64,000 bases of DNA from an uncultured Nitrososphaerota archaeon (GTDB lineage Archaea > Thermoproteota > EX4484-205 > JAAOZO01): NCBI GenBank assembly GCA_964408285.1, contig CAYOYV010000001.1, forward strand, positions 192,001 to 256,000. The letters run 5' to 3'. A program made the position numbers and the translations under genes. Below the pieces are notes generated by a model that saw nothing but the letters and a program-made list of their open reading frames with translations, was not told where the DNA came from and searched no databases. Below are positions 28,062 through 37,469 of the stretch, one piece after another (position 1 is the first letter of the stretch; each line of letters opens with the position of its first letter).

Positions 28062-28120
28062 CTCAATAGACTAATATCTCTATCCATATTCCAAAACCGC
28101 GGAGACTGAGTCACCGCGTA

Positions 28121-28606
28121 TTGATAGACGTTCTTATAAGGAAAGCCAGACCCGAAGACCTGATTCATGTTGTCGGAATAAACAGGAATGCACTTCCCGA
28201 GAATTACTCCCCTGAATTCTTCAGCTCGCTGTTGGAAGAACATGGGGAGTATTTCCTAGTCGCGGAGCGTGAAGGTCATCTGATCGGATACGTAATGTGT
28301 AGAATCGAGACTGGTTTCTCCTTCTCTCCAAGTCTCCAATCCCCACTTCATCCGAGGGGTCATATCGTAAGCCTTGCCGTAGATTCCGTTCACAGACGTA
28401 AAGGCATCGGAGAGGCTCTGATGCTCGCAACTTTGGCAGAGATGAGAAAGCATGGCTTAAAGGAGTCCTATCTGGAAGTTCGAGTTGACAACACTGCGGC
28501 AATAGCGGCGTATGAGAAGCTTGGCTACAAGAAATCCAAGAAGATTGATCTTTATTATGCAGATGGCACATCTGCATACGTTATGACGATTGACCTCCAG
28601 TCCTGA
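28121..28606 (+). CDS. N-alpha-acetyltransferase RimI/Ard1
   Basis: NRNALPENY, GYVMCRIE, GHIVSLAV, RRKGIG, YLEVRVDN, YYADG. Confidence 0.92.
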   Translation: MIDVLIRKARPEDLIHVVGINRNALPENYSPEFFSSLLEEHGEYFLVAEREGHLIGYVMCRIETGFSFSPSLQSPLHPRGHIVSLAVDSVHRRKGIGEALMLATLAEMRKHGLKESYLEVRVDNTAAIAAYEKLGYKKSKKIDLYYADGTSAYVMTIDLQS

Positions 28607-28717
28607 AGATGATTGATTGCTGGAGGCTGGCTTGGCTCAGTTCGACCAACGCGCGTCCAATGATCTGAATCTGCTCATACAGACCGACGCAATGCAAGAA
28701 TCGAGTAATAGCTCAAT

Positions 28718-28972
28718 CTACGCGCTTGGCAAGAGGTCGTCTATGGGTATGTCAAGGAAGGAATTGTCCGGGAGCGTCCTTCTCAGAGTCAACGGCAATG
28801 CCCTCGACTCCAGCTCATGTGTGGCTATCATAAGTGGATCCCATTTCTCGGTTTCGTCCACTGAAACGAGTGGAGGAGCACCGAGATTGAGTTGCAGAGC
28901 TCTCAAGCCTATTATCCTTGCCCTTTCGAATTTCGTCAGCCTCTTCGGAAAAATCCCGGTGCCAGTATCCAA
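28718..28972 (-). CDS. rpoK: RNA polymerase subunit Rpo6 (K/omega)
   Basis: [17 protein letters not shown]...GAP...LPLTLRR. Confidence 0.93.
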   Translation of the reverse strand: MDTGTGIFPKRLTKFERARIIGLRALQLNLGAPPLVSVDETEKWDPLMIATHELESRALPLTLRRTLPDNSFLDIPIDDLLPSA

Positions 28973-28989
28973 GAGGACTCTTGCCTTCC

Positions 28990-30588
28990 CTAGTATCCGC
29001 TCTCTTGGTTTTCTTTTCCCGGTGGAGCCTTGAATTTGGCAACGGCGGTTATTCTATCGATCCTAAGAAGTGCGATGGCAGTGTCTACGGCTCCCGAGAG
29101 CGTAGACCTCTTGAGCGACAATGGTTCCAATATCCCGGCTGAAGTGGCATCAACCATGTCCTTCTCCAACTCCCCAGTTCCTATGTTCGGATTTCCTGAG
29201 TTGTGGATTGCCCTGAGCTTGGTCAATGTTTCGTCCGGATCCTTTCCTGAATTCGAAGCCAAAGAAGCAGGAATGCTCTCCATTGACCTAAGAAAAGCCT
29301 CAATAGCAAGGGCTGGTTTTCCGGCCTGCTTGGAGGAGAGGCCCTTCAGCTGTCTGGCAATCTCCAGTTCGGTGGCCCCAGCTCCTGGCACGACTTTGCA
29401 GTCGGTGAATGCCATCCGGAGGGCGTTCAGAGCCTTTTTCGTCATCCTCTCAGCCTCCCCCACTATCTTATCGTTCGCGCCTCTGAAGATCAGATTGACT
29501 GCTTTCGTCTTCGCGCCTGTGTTCACGAAAACCCACTTCTCGTCTCCCACTCTCCTCTCTTCGACGAGCTTGGCGTTGCCGAGGACTGACTCGTCCAATT
29601 CATCAATGTTCGTTGTGATCTTGGCGCCAGTTGCCAGACTCAACTTGTCCATGTCCGACTTCTTTATTCTCCTCACCGCCTGTATGTTGTCCTTGGCCAA
29701 GAGGTACTGAACTAGGTCATCGATTCCCTTCTGACAGAGCACTACATTGGCACCTGAACTCTTGATCTTTTCTACCATCTCCTTGAGGGATTCCTGTTCT
29801 TGGTCCATGAATCGGGTCAGCATAGAGGGATCCTTGAATTTCATCTTCCCGTCGTATTCCGTCTTCCTCAATTCTAGACTCTGATCTATCAAGGCTATCT
29901 TGGGATTCTTCAGTAGTTTCGGCATGGCTGGATGCACGAGTTCTTTATCGAGAGCGATTCCCTCAAGCAATTTCGTTTCGAACATCACTTCGCCTCCCTT
30001 CTTGTCCAGCTTTATCCTATCTAGATCGAGCTTTGTGCCCTCTCTTGCCTTCGTCGCCGCCTCCACAGCGATCTCTGCTAGCACCTCTCTTTCCTTTCTA
30101 GACAGTGAACCGGTGATCGCTGTCTTTGCTATCAGAAAGAGAGTCTTCCGGTCAGTTGGTTTGAAGGATTTTGCACTCTTTTCGAGAACCTCGATTGCCT
30201 TCCTCAGGGATTCACCATAGCTTTGCTCTACAATGGATGCATGAATCCCCTGTCTCTGAAGAGCGATGCCTTGCTCGAGCAGCTCACTGGCCAGAATGAC
30301 CATGCTTGTCACACCATCCCCGACTTCCTTGTTCATGGCCTTGGCTAGCTCCACGAGTATCTTCGCAACCGGATGTTCAATGTCCACCTCCTCCAAGACA
30401 GTGGCCCCACTGCTTGTGACCGTGACGTCTCCGAAGGTGTCCATTATCAGCTTGAACTTCCCATGTGGGCCAAGAACCGGTCTTAAGGCCCCGCCCAAGA
30501 CCTGTGCTGCAACCAGAATGTGCTGTCTGACCTCATCTTCACCTCTCTCTGAAGAGCCCTCTTTGAGAACAATAATGGGAGTGCTCAT
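28990..30588 (-). CDS. Thermosome (group II chaperonin) subunit, divergent
   Basis: [43 protein letters not shown]; ATPase residues altered. Confidence 0.92.
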   Translation of the reverse strand: MSTPIIVLKEGSSERGEDEVRQHILVAAQVLGGALRPVLGPHGKFKLIMDTFGDVTVTSSGATVLEEVDIEHPVAKILVELAKAMNKEVGDGVTSMVILASELLEQGIALQRQGIHASIVEQSYGESLRKAIEVLEKSAKSFKPTDRKTLFLIAKTAITGSLSRKEREVLAEIAVEAATKAREGTKLDLDRIKLDKKGGEVMFETKLLEGIALDKELVHPAMPKLLKNPKIALIDQSLELRKTEYDGKMKFKDPSMLTRFMDQEQESLKEMVEKIKSSGANVVLCQKGIDDLVQYLLAKDNIQAVRRIKKSDMDKLSLATGAKITTNIDELDESVLGNAKLVEERRVGDEKWVFVNTGAKTKAVNLIFRGANDKIVGEAERMTKKALNALRMAFTDCKVVPGAGATELEIARQLKGLSSKQAGKPALAIEAFLRSMESIPASLASNSGKDPDETLTKLRAIHNSGNPNIGTGELEKDMVDATSAGILEPLSLKRSTLSGAVDTAIALLRIDRITAVAKFKAPPGKENQESGY

Positions 30589-30680
30589 TTCTGATTATCC
30601 TCACACGATTTTCATACTTCACTTTTGCCGGATATTAACCTTTTGTTCAAATCTTGGGGGGAAAGGCATAGACTACTAGG

Positions 30681-30896
30681 CTATTGACTCTCTCCCATGA
30701 GATAGCTGACCTGAGCTAGTCTGTCCATGACTTCAACGAATTCACGCTCAATGTCGTGCTTTCTCTTCTCATATTCATCCGACGAGATTTCGGCATTGTT
30801 CTTCCTCTCTTGTAGAGCTTCGAATTCCTTCTCCAACCTCTTCTTCTCGGCGAGCAATCTATCCTTCTCCTGCTCGACTCCGGGGGGCCTCATCAT
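30681..30896 (-). CDS. Small coiled-coil protein with SHOCT-like motif
   Basis: EISSDEYEKRK motif, charged helical composition. Confidence 0.6.
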   Translation of the reverse strand: MMRPPGVEQEKDRLLAEKKRLEKEFEALQERKNNAEISSDEYEKRKHDIEREFVEVMDRLAQVSYLMGESQ

Positions 30897-30960
30897 GAGC
30901 TTGATTTCAACGCGCGCGAAATAGAGATAAAAATGTTGGCTCTGGATTATCAGCATCACA

Positions 30961-31323
30961 TTGGAGAATCAATTGAGGATCAAGCTCCATTTTCAGCCCG
31001 GTCCAGAGATGACGGGTACAATAATGAGGCATCTTTCTCCAAGAACATTCACGAGGTTTGTGAATTCGCTGCCCTTGCAGGGAGCAACCAAGAGGGAGGG
31101 GCCCATGATACTGGGTCTAGTGAACATAGATGCCCCTTTCGACAAAACAAAGGAAGACTTCCAAGCAGGCGAACTCGCATATGATCCGAGAAGCAGGGCT
31201 TTGTGTGTCTTCGCTGAAAATGGAGGAATGCTGAAGATGGTCCCCTTGGGGAAGATTGATGACCCTAGCCTATTGCGCTACGTCAGGGACGGCGCTTGGC
31301 TGCTGGTCGGTCGAATTCAATGA
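30961..31323 (+). CDS. Cyclophilin-like fold protein
   Basis: SPRTFTRFVNSLPL, GELAYDPRSRALCVF, VPLGKI. Confidence 0.75.
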   Translation: MENQLRIKLHFQPGPEMTGTIMRHLSPRTFTRFVNSLPLQGATKREGPMILGLVNIDAPFDKTKEDFQAGELAYDPRSRALCVFAENGGMLKMVPLGKIDDPSLLRYVRDGAWLLVGRIQ

Positions 31324-31617
31324 ATAGACGGGTTGACCGTTGAACGATGAGATTCTGGACAGAAGACCCTCCTTCTCAAATCTCCTAAGGGTTCTCTTTG
31401 CCTCTCCAGGACTCATCGAACCTAGCTCTACAACCGATTGGGGAGTGATCGCACCTAGGCCCCTTATTTTCCCGAAAAGCTCTGAGGGATTGGGTTCTAT
31501 CGCAGAGAAAGAGATTCTCTGTCTGCGCTCCTCCGGTCTCTTTCTCTCCTTTCTTTCGTCCTCCCTCTTCTGAGCCCTTTCTATCTGGGCGAGGCTGGGC
31601 TTTTTTCCTCCTCCCAT
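31270..31617 (-). CDS. rps25e: 30S ribosomal protein S25e (eS25)
   Basis: MGGGKKPSLAQIER, AITPQSV, AKRTLRRFEKEGLL, VY. Confidence 0.82.
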   Translation of the reverse strand: MGGGKKPSLAQIERAQKREDERKERKRPEERRQRISFSAIEPNPSELFGKIRGLGAITPQSVVELGSMSPGEAKRTLRRFEKEGLLSRISSFNGQPVYSLNSTDQQPSAVPDVAQ

Positions 31618-31665
31618 GTTCCGCCGGATGTTCACAATCGGATTTAAGTCTTTCCACCGCAAATC

Positions 31666-32313
31666 GTGCCAAACGAAAGAGATTTATCTGATTGGATTCA
31701 GCCTAAAGTCGAAACACGAGGACTTAGGAAATTGAGGCGGGACCCCCTGTCAGAAACTCGCATAACCGTAGGCGACATAATGAGCTCTCCAGTATATTCT
31801 CTTCCGAAGACCGAAACCGTGACGACGGCCGCAATGGAGATGGAGCTACGCGGAATCGGAAGCATTTTGGTAGCAAATTCATCCGGAAAGACGGTGGGGA
31901 TCATAACAGAGAGAGACATAATAACAAGAGTGATAGCAAAAGGAAAAGATCCCAGCAATTCGAAGTTGGAGGAAGTCATGTCCTCGCCGCTTGTCAAGAT
32001 AGATCACGACAAGAACGTAATGAAGGCATTGGATGCAATGAGATTGCACAAGCTGAGGAGGCTAGGTGTTGTCAAGGACGAGAAGCTCGTTGGCATAGTG
32101 ACGGAAAGGGACATAATCTCTGCTGTGCCTGCGATATTGGAGCAATACTACGAGAAGACCCATTCGATCATGCCCGCAGTAAACAACGTGGAGCGCTATG
32201 AAGGATACTGTGAGGAGTGTGGGCAATGGTCAGAGAGACTGCTTGACTATGAAGGCAGATTCATGTGTGACGAATGCGTGACGGATCTCGGAGGCCAGGT
32301 AGAAGGCACTTGA
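31666..32313 (+). CDS. Tandem CBS-domain protein with C-terminal Zn ribbon
   Basis: VGDIMSSPV, GIITERDI, GIVTERDI, GYCEECG...CDEC. Confidence 0.9.
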   Translation: MPNERDLSDWIQPKVETRGLRKLRRDPLSETRITVGDIMSSPVYSLPKTETVTTAAMEMELRGIGSILVANSSGKTVGIITERDIITRVIAKGKDPSNSKLEEVMSSPLVKIDHDKNVMKALDAMRLHKLRRLGVVKDEKLVGIVTERDIISAVPAILEQYYEKTHSIMPAVNNVERYEGYCEECGQWSERLLDYEGRFMCDECVTDLGGQVEGT

Positions 32314-32601
32314 GGAGAAGGGAGAAGTCCTCTCCTTTCCGAATCATCCTATCCGGAGAAAGAACCCACGCAAAGGTTGACCCAGGTCTTGGGATCCTTC
32401 TGAATATCGCCTCTGAGGCGACGCCCTGCGCGACGAAGACTACCCGATCATTGGAAGGGAAAACCAAATCGATGCTCGAAAATATGAAGACGGTTAGCAG
32501 GGGGCGGCACGTTTGCCCGCTGCCCATGTTTGGAGCCCGGCAACTGGGGCCACAGATGGTTCTACGCCCAGTACACAATAGTAGAGGGCCTTGATCACTG
32601 G

Positions 32602-33060
32602 ATGACCCATAGATTCCTAGTAGACGAGATGCTTGGCGACGTGATGAAATGGCTCAGGATACTTGGGTTTGAGGCCGTCTATAGGAAGGGTTACTCAGAC
32701 AGGACTCTCGTTGAGAAGGCAAATAGGGGATTCGTGCTGGTTACATCAGATCGGGAGCTTTTCAGGATGTCTTCGTCACGTGGCCTGAACTGCATTCTTC
32801 TCCAAGAACATTCAGTCAAGGACAAATTGGTGCATATATTCAGGGATTTGGATCTGAAACCTTCACTTAGGACCACCAGGTGTGCAATCTGTGGCGGGAG
32901 GCTGGAGATTCGTAGAAAAAGTATTCCCAAGAGAACTGATTCACGTAGAGTGTTCTGGACTTGCACGAAATGTGGAAAAATGTATTGGAGAGGTTCGCAC
33001 TGGAGAAACATAGGCAAGATGATTGCCAATGTACGAAGCGACCTCTCAGCAAAGCAATAA
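32602..33060 (+). CDS. Mut7-C/DUF82 PIN-fold RNase with Zn ribbon
   Basis: FLVDEMLG, WLRILG, LVTSDREL, TRCAICGG, CTKCGKMYWRGSHW. Confidence 0.9.
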   Translation: MTHRFLVDEMLGDVMKWLRILGFEAVYRKGYSDRTLVEKANRGFVLVTSDRELFRMSSSRGLNCILLQEHSVKDKLVHIFRDLDLKPSLRTTRCAICGGRLEIRRKSIPKRTDSRRVFWTCTKCGKMYWRGSHWRNIGKMIANVRSDLSAKQ

Positions 33061-33086
33061 AAGCTGTTCGGGATCATCATCTTCGG

Positions 33087-33404
33087 ATGGACGTGATTCC
33101 TTCTGACCTGGTCTATTTCGCGGCTATCTGGATTGTGAGTACGTTCGCACTGCATATCTCTGCGCGTTTGCTGGGAGCCAAGGGGGGATTGTTTTCGTCA
33201 TTCGTGGCTTCCTTCTTGGGTGCTGCGATCTACTCTTTCTTCAGAGGATCTCTGGTCTTCCAGATAGCGGCAATGATCCTATGGTTTCTGGTCCTGCGGT
33301 TCTCATTTCAAGTGGGCTGGTTCCGGGCGGCGGTCATTTCGGTTGTTGCTTCGTTCTTCGTTGCTGTAGTTTCTTTGATCCTGGGAGTGCCACTCATGGT
33401 ATGA
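33087..33404 (+). CDS. Small four-TM membrane protein
   Basis: Four hydrophobic stretches; VGWFRAAVI motif. Confidence 0.75.
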   Translation: MDVIPSDLVYFAAIWIVSTFALHISARLLGAKGGLFSSFVASFLGAAIYSFFRGSLVFQIAAMILWFLVLRFSFQVGWFRAAVISVVASFFVAVVSLILGVPLMV

Positions 33405-33411
33405 CGAATGA

Positions 33412-34230
33412 ATGGCCATGACCATTCGGATCATCGAGGCAGAAGCGAGTTCAGGACTGTCAAGCTCCAAGCTGTCGGAATACGTAGTGAATCCATATCT
33501 CGGCTGTGAACATGGCTGCAAGTATTGCTATGCTCAGAGGTATTTCCACTCACGGTCAATCCTTCAACAGGCCTGGGGGGAGGAGGTGATAGTGCGCAGA
33601 AATATCCATGACATGGTCCGCAGAGATACCAAAATCAAAAAGAAGGGGAGAGTCCTTCTCAGTTCCATGACAGACTGCTACCAGCCTTCAGAGGCAAAAC
33701 ATCAGCTCACTAGAAGGGTCCTCGAATGTCTCCTCGAAGAGGACTTCCCGCTTGCTGTGCTCACCAAATCGCCCTTGGTACTGAGGGATCTTGATCTATT
33801 GGCACGGTTCTCAGAAGCAGAGATCACCTTCAGCATAAGCAGCCTTGATCCGGATGTCTTTGGGGCATTTGAGCCGAAGGCACCAATGCCTGAGGCAAGA
33901 CTCGGAGCACTTCGCAGAATACTGAACTCAGGTCTCAAGGGGGGGCTTTTCGTAGCGCCACACCTGCCGGCCAAGGATTCGTTCAATACACAATATGCTC
34001 CTATCTTCAAGGCTGCTGGGGACCTTGGACTCAGCACTATTCTGATGGATACACTGAATCATGCAGGCCTTCTGAGAAAGGGAATAATGAGAACGTATGT
34101 CCGAGAATATCAGGCAGGCCTCGAGGCTTTCAGGCGAATGCTCGCGTCTCCATCTTTGTATAATGAGCAGCTCAAGAAGAAGGCAAAATCGCTTGGCCAA
34201 TCATTTGGCATACGAGTTGTGTTTGTGTAG
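33412..34230 (+). CDS. Radical SAM protein (spore photoproduct lyase-like family)
   Basis: NPYLGCEHGCKYCYA, SSMTDCYQ, LTKSPLVLRDLDL, FEP. Confidence 0.9.
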   Translation: MAMTIRIIEAEASSGLSSSKLSEYVVNPYLGCEHGCKYCYAQRYFHSRSILQQAWGEEVIVRRNIHDMVRRDTKIKKKGRVLLSSMTDCYQPSEAKHQLTRRVLECLLEEDFPLAVLTKSPLVLRDLDLLARFSEAEITFSISSLDPDVFGAFEPKAPMPEARLGALRRILNSGLKGGLFVAPHLPAKDSFNTQYAPIFKAAGDLGLSTILMDTLNHAGLLRKGIMRTYVREYQAGLEAFRRMLASPSLYNEQLKKKAKSLGQSFGIRVVFV

Positions 34231-34476
34231 CGTCAGTCCGCCCATCTATCCTCATTAGTATCAGATTTTTGAGGTGAACTTCATCCGCCATTCGGGTGAT
34301 TCGCCTCTCAAGATAAAAGCTTTGCATTGCGCGCGCGGATGTGCAGAAATGCCATGGTGGGCCTGGCATCAACACCCCTTCTGGTTTTCTATGTAAAATA
34401 TCATTGGCTTCACCTGATGACTGCCTTCGCGGCCTTTTCCGGACGCATACCCTTAAATAGGAAAAATGCGCGACGT

Positions 34477-37008
34477 ATGGCTCAAAAGGAAATGTCCTCG
34501 CCTGTCAGGCGCAGATTGTGTTTTGTGCTTATCTATCTTCTAGTGTTCCTGCTGGAACCAAGCACATTCCCAGTGGCAAAAGCGGATACTGAGTTCCAGT
34601 TAGTCACAAGAGCGGAATCTGCCGGCATAACTCAGACTAGTGATTCGTCGTCGGCGTCGCGTTCAGAGTTCGACTACGCGCCGACTCTTGTAGCGCAATT
34701 TTACCTCAACATTACTGCGCATACAAATGCTTCTGCGAACCTCTGGTTCGGGCGCGTGGAGTTGCAGCAAAGTGTCGCAAGGACACTCTATTTGGCAAGA
34801 AATGGTTCCGGCTTGCTGCGCGCCTATCTAAATAACACCCTGATAACCTCTGCATCGTTCAACATAAGCAAAATGACCTGGTACAAGGTTGTGATCTCAT
34901 ATGCCACGAACAATGATACTTTGATGGTGACTATACAGACCGAAGGGAGCGGAACGGTCCCTATCCAGGTCGTCAATCGGTTGCTCGATCCTCCTTTCAG
35001 GCGCGGGATTGCCTTCACGATAGGATGGTTGAGTCATGGCTTTTCCTCTCCAGGTTCTGTTCTTGTCAAGAATTTCAGACTCGATGTTTCACCAATGTTG
35101 AACATTTCCCTTCCTGTTTCAAATCCAGGTGATACTGTCAGCATCAAGGGGATTCAATTTGATCCGTATCAAAACATAAACGTGACGATCGCATCGCTCA
35201 TCAATCAGGCAGTCTATTCAAATCCCTCCGTTCCAACGGATGGTCAAGGCAAATTTGATATTTCCCTGCAATTGCCGCAGACCCTAAAGCCGGGTCTCTA
35301 CCATGTGTTTGCCAAGCAACCCTACGGGCCCAGGGTGAAATTCCACCTCGGCGTATGGGGGCTCGGAGTAGCTCAGGCAAACAGAACACTACCGATCAAT
35401 TTCACAGGTAGTGGATTCAGAATTGGTTCCATCGTCAGGGTGACTATGAGGAGGACCTACCCTGCATATTTCTTCAGCGAGATATATACGGTGAGCGGAA
35501 CCGAGGGGACTTTCGCTTCGACGAAGTTGACATTCCCGCCTAGTTTTCCATTGGGGGCCTATTCTGTCCTGCTTGAAGCATATGGCACTTTGGACTACTT
35601 CAACTACCCCTTCTCTGATGCCTATGAGATCAATATAGGAAAGGCTCCTCTTTTCGTCACAGTTGAGACGTCACAAGCCGTCTACCTAAGGACTCAGTTG
35701 GCGAGGATATACGCTAACGCTAGATACGCCAATGGAAGCAGAATTCCATCCGTATCGGCATTTACATTGAACGTGAAGCAAGGGGCGAACACGGTCATCG
35801 CTGGTCAGGTCATGACTTACGATCCAGGTCTCCAGAAATGGTCTTGGGGTTTCATTCTTGTCAAGGAGAATCCTATCGGTATCCACAATGCTGTCACCTA
35901 CGCAGTCGACCCATATGGAAATACTGGATCTGGAACCGGGAATTTCGAAGTGAAGCCCGCTCAATTGAAAGTCGATCTATATGATAATAAGACGACCTAT
36001 CAGAGAAGTGAAACGATTAGCATTAACGCAAACCTTGCGTATCCGGATGGCAGTCCTGCGACAACAGGAACTTATCTTGTTGTCGGATCCATTGGCACCG
36101 TCACCCATTCTTCCGGCCTAATCTATGAGACCAAATCTGGGCTTTGGAAGAGTTCGATCATGATTCTCCCCGGAGATCCTGTTGGAACTTGGAAGGTAAC
36201 CATGTCAGGATCAGATCCTCAAGGCAATCTACTCAACTACTCGTTCGGTGTGACAATACTAGCAGCAAACCTGAACATCACAATAATCCCAGATGTGAAT
36301 GCCACGTATCAGAGAACACAGAGTGTTTCGCTGCAGTTGGTCGCAAAATATCCTTCAGGTCAAGTCCTATCCGTGGGTACCTTGACGGCAAATGCGACAA
36401 GAGGTCAGGGGCTTCAGACCTACTCTTCTGTATTGCAATTCAACTCCCAATCTCAGCTGTGGAAGGGCGCATTGAAACTACCTGCCAATGCCCCAATTGA
36501 CATGTACCTATTGGTTGTGAAGGCAGTTGATCAGTTCGGGAATGCCGGAAATCAAACCAGACGGATATCCGTGGTCGCAGCAACACTGAAACTGAACATT
36601 AGCACCCCGAAGAAAGAATTCCAAATCGGATTCGAATCAGTGAAGCTGTCGGGGGCTGTGTTCTATCCTGACGGGACGGCCCTGATGTCGGGCAATGTGA
36701 GTGCCAAGATTACTGTGGGCGCCAGCTCGAAAGCGATTATTTTCACTCAGGAATCAGGAATCTGGACGGGCAGCCTCCAGACAGGATTCTTCGATCCCGG
36801 GGGAGATTATCTTTTCGTCATAACTGCATCTGACGTCTACGATAACTCCGGGTCAGTATCTCTGTCCCTAACGGGAAGCCAACTCTATGTTGCTCTTTCA
36901 CTAGTGGGCATAATATTGGCAATCGCAATCGCTGCCGCACTGATATGGAGATACAGGCAGATGAGGACTGGAGCACCATCGCCGGTCGAGGCAGAATATT
37001 ACCTCTAG
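34477..37008 (+). CDS. Large secreted, C-terminally anchored surface (glyco)protein with Ig-like repeats
   Basis: Signal peptide (RRR then hydrophobic then AKA), many N-x-S/T sequons, beta-rich composition, C-terminal TM helix followed by WRYR. Confidence 0.85.
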   Translation: MAQKEMSSPVRRRLCFVLIYLLVFLLEPSTFPVAKADTEFQLVTRAESAGITQTSDSSSASRSEFDYAPTLVAQFYLNITAHTNASANLWFGRVELQQSVARTLYLARNGSGLLRAYLNNTLITSASFNISKMTWYKVVISYATNNDTLMVTIQTEGSGTVPIQVVNRLLDPPFRRGIAFTIGWLSHGFSSPGSVLVKNFRLDVSPMLNISLPVSNPGDTVSIKGIQFDPYQNINVTIASLINQAVYSNPSVPTDGQGKFDISLQLPQTLKPGLYHVFAKQPYGPRVKFHLGVWGLGVAQANRTLPINFTGSGFRIGSIVRVTMRRTYPAYFFSEIYTVSGTEGTFASTKLTFPPSFPLGAYSVLLEAYGTLDYFNYPFSDAYEINIGKAPLFVTVETSQAVYLRTQLARIYANARYANGSRIPSVSAFTLNVKQGANTVIAGQVMTYDPGLQKWSWGFILVKENPIGIHNAVTYAVDPYGNTGSGTGNFEVKPAQLKVDLYDNKTTYQRSETISINANLAYPDGSPATTGTYLVVGSIGTVTHSSGLIYETKSGLWKSSIMILPGDPVGTWKVTMSGSDPQGNLLNYSFGVTILAANLNITIIPDVNATYQRTQSVSLQLVAKYPSGQVLSVGTLTANATRGQGLQTYSSVLQFNSQSQLWKGALKLPANAPIDMYLLVVKAVDQFGNAGNQTRRISVVAATLKLNISTPKKEFQIGFESVKLSGAVFYPDGTALMSGNVSAKITVGASSKAIIFTQESGIWTGSLQTGFFDPGGDYLFVITASDVYDNSGSVSLSLTGSQLYVALSLVGIILAIAIAAALIWRYRQMRTGAPSPVEAEYYL
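35640..36870 (+). repeat. Four ~100-aa protein-level Ig/MG-like repeats (approximate bounds)
   Basis: Repeat starts YLRTQ..YANGS, YQRSE..YPDGS, YQRTQ..YPSGQ, FQIGFE..YPDGT; each ends in D-x-x-G/D-N. Confidence 0.65.
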
Positions 37009-37080
37009 ATTTCTAGCAGAGTAGTTCACTCGACGTACTAGAAAGACATAATTGGCAATGCCGCCTGAGAACATCGATTC

Positions 37081-37464
37081 ATGCCTCCAAGGAGAAAAAG
37101 GATCAAATCGACAAGGAGTACAACTATAATGTTCAAAGGAGGGAGGATGCCGGCAAGCGAAGATGAGATGTTGCAGAGGATCTTCTGGAGAAGTCAGGAA
37201 TTGGCGTTGGAGGCAAAGATCTTCCTCAAATCAGTCATAAGGAGTGAGCCGATCGGAATTCCGGTGTCAGAATGGAGGAAATGGATTCAGAAAAGGCCGA
37301 TCTCCCTCGGGCAGTTCTACAACATGATAAAGGGTCTGACTGGATCTGGGCTAATAGAAAAGAGGGAAGGCGCATGGCATGTATCAACCGGATTTCTCAG
37401 GGAGCTGGAACAAATGGTCATGCTCTATTCAGCGATGACAGGCATCCAACACAGACTCAAGTGA
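37081..37464 (+). CDS. Hypothetical winged-helix protein
   Basis: GQFYNMIKGLTGSGLIEK helix-wing pattern. Confidence 0.7.
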   Translation: MPPRRKRIKSTRSTTIMFKGGRMPASEDEMLQRIFWRSQELALEAKIFLKSVIRSEPIGIPVSEWRKWIQKRPISLGQFYNMIKGLTGSGLIEKREGAWHVSTGFLRELEQMVMLYSAMTGIQHRLK

Positions 37465-37469
37465 TCTCA

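Noticed and set aside
28609-28668. Possible C/D box sRNA (ATGATTGA ... CTGA)
   Set aside because: The C box is imperfect, there are no clear C'/D' boxes, and I could not identify an rRNA or tRNA target.
32320-32593. RNase P RNA (GGGAGAAGTCC resembles CR-I)
   Set aside because: No canonical P4 partner or ACAGAA CR-V motif, and no P1 terminal helix.
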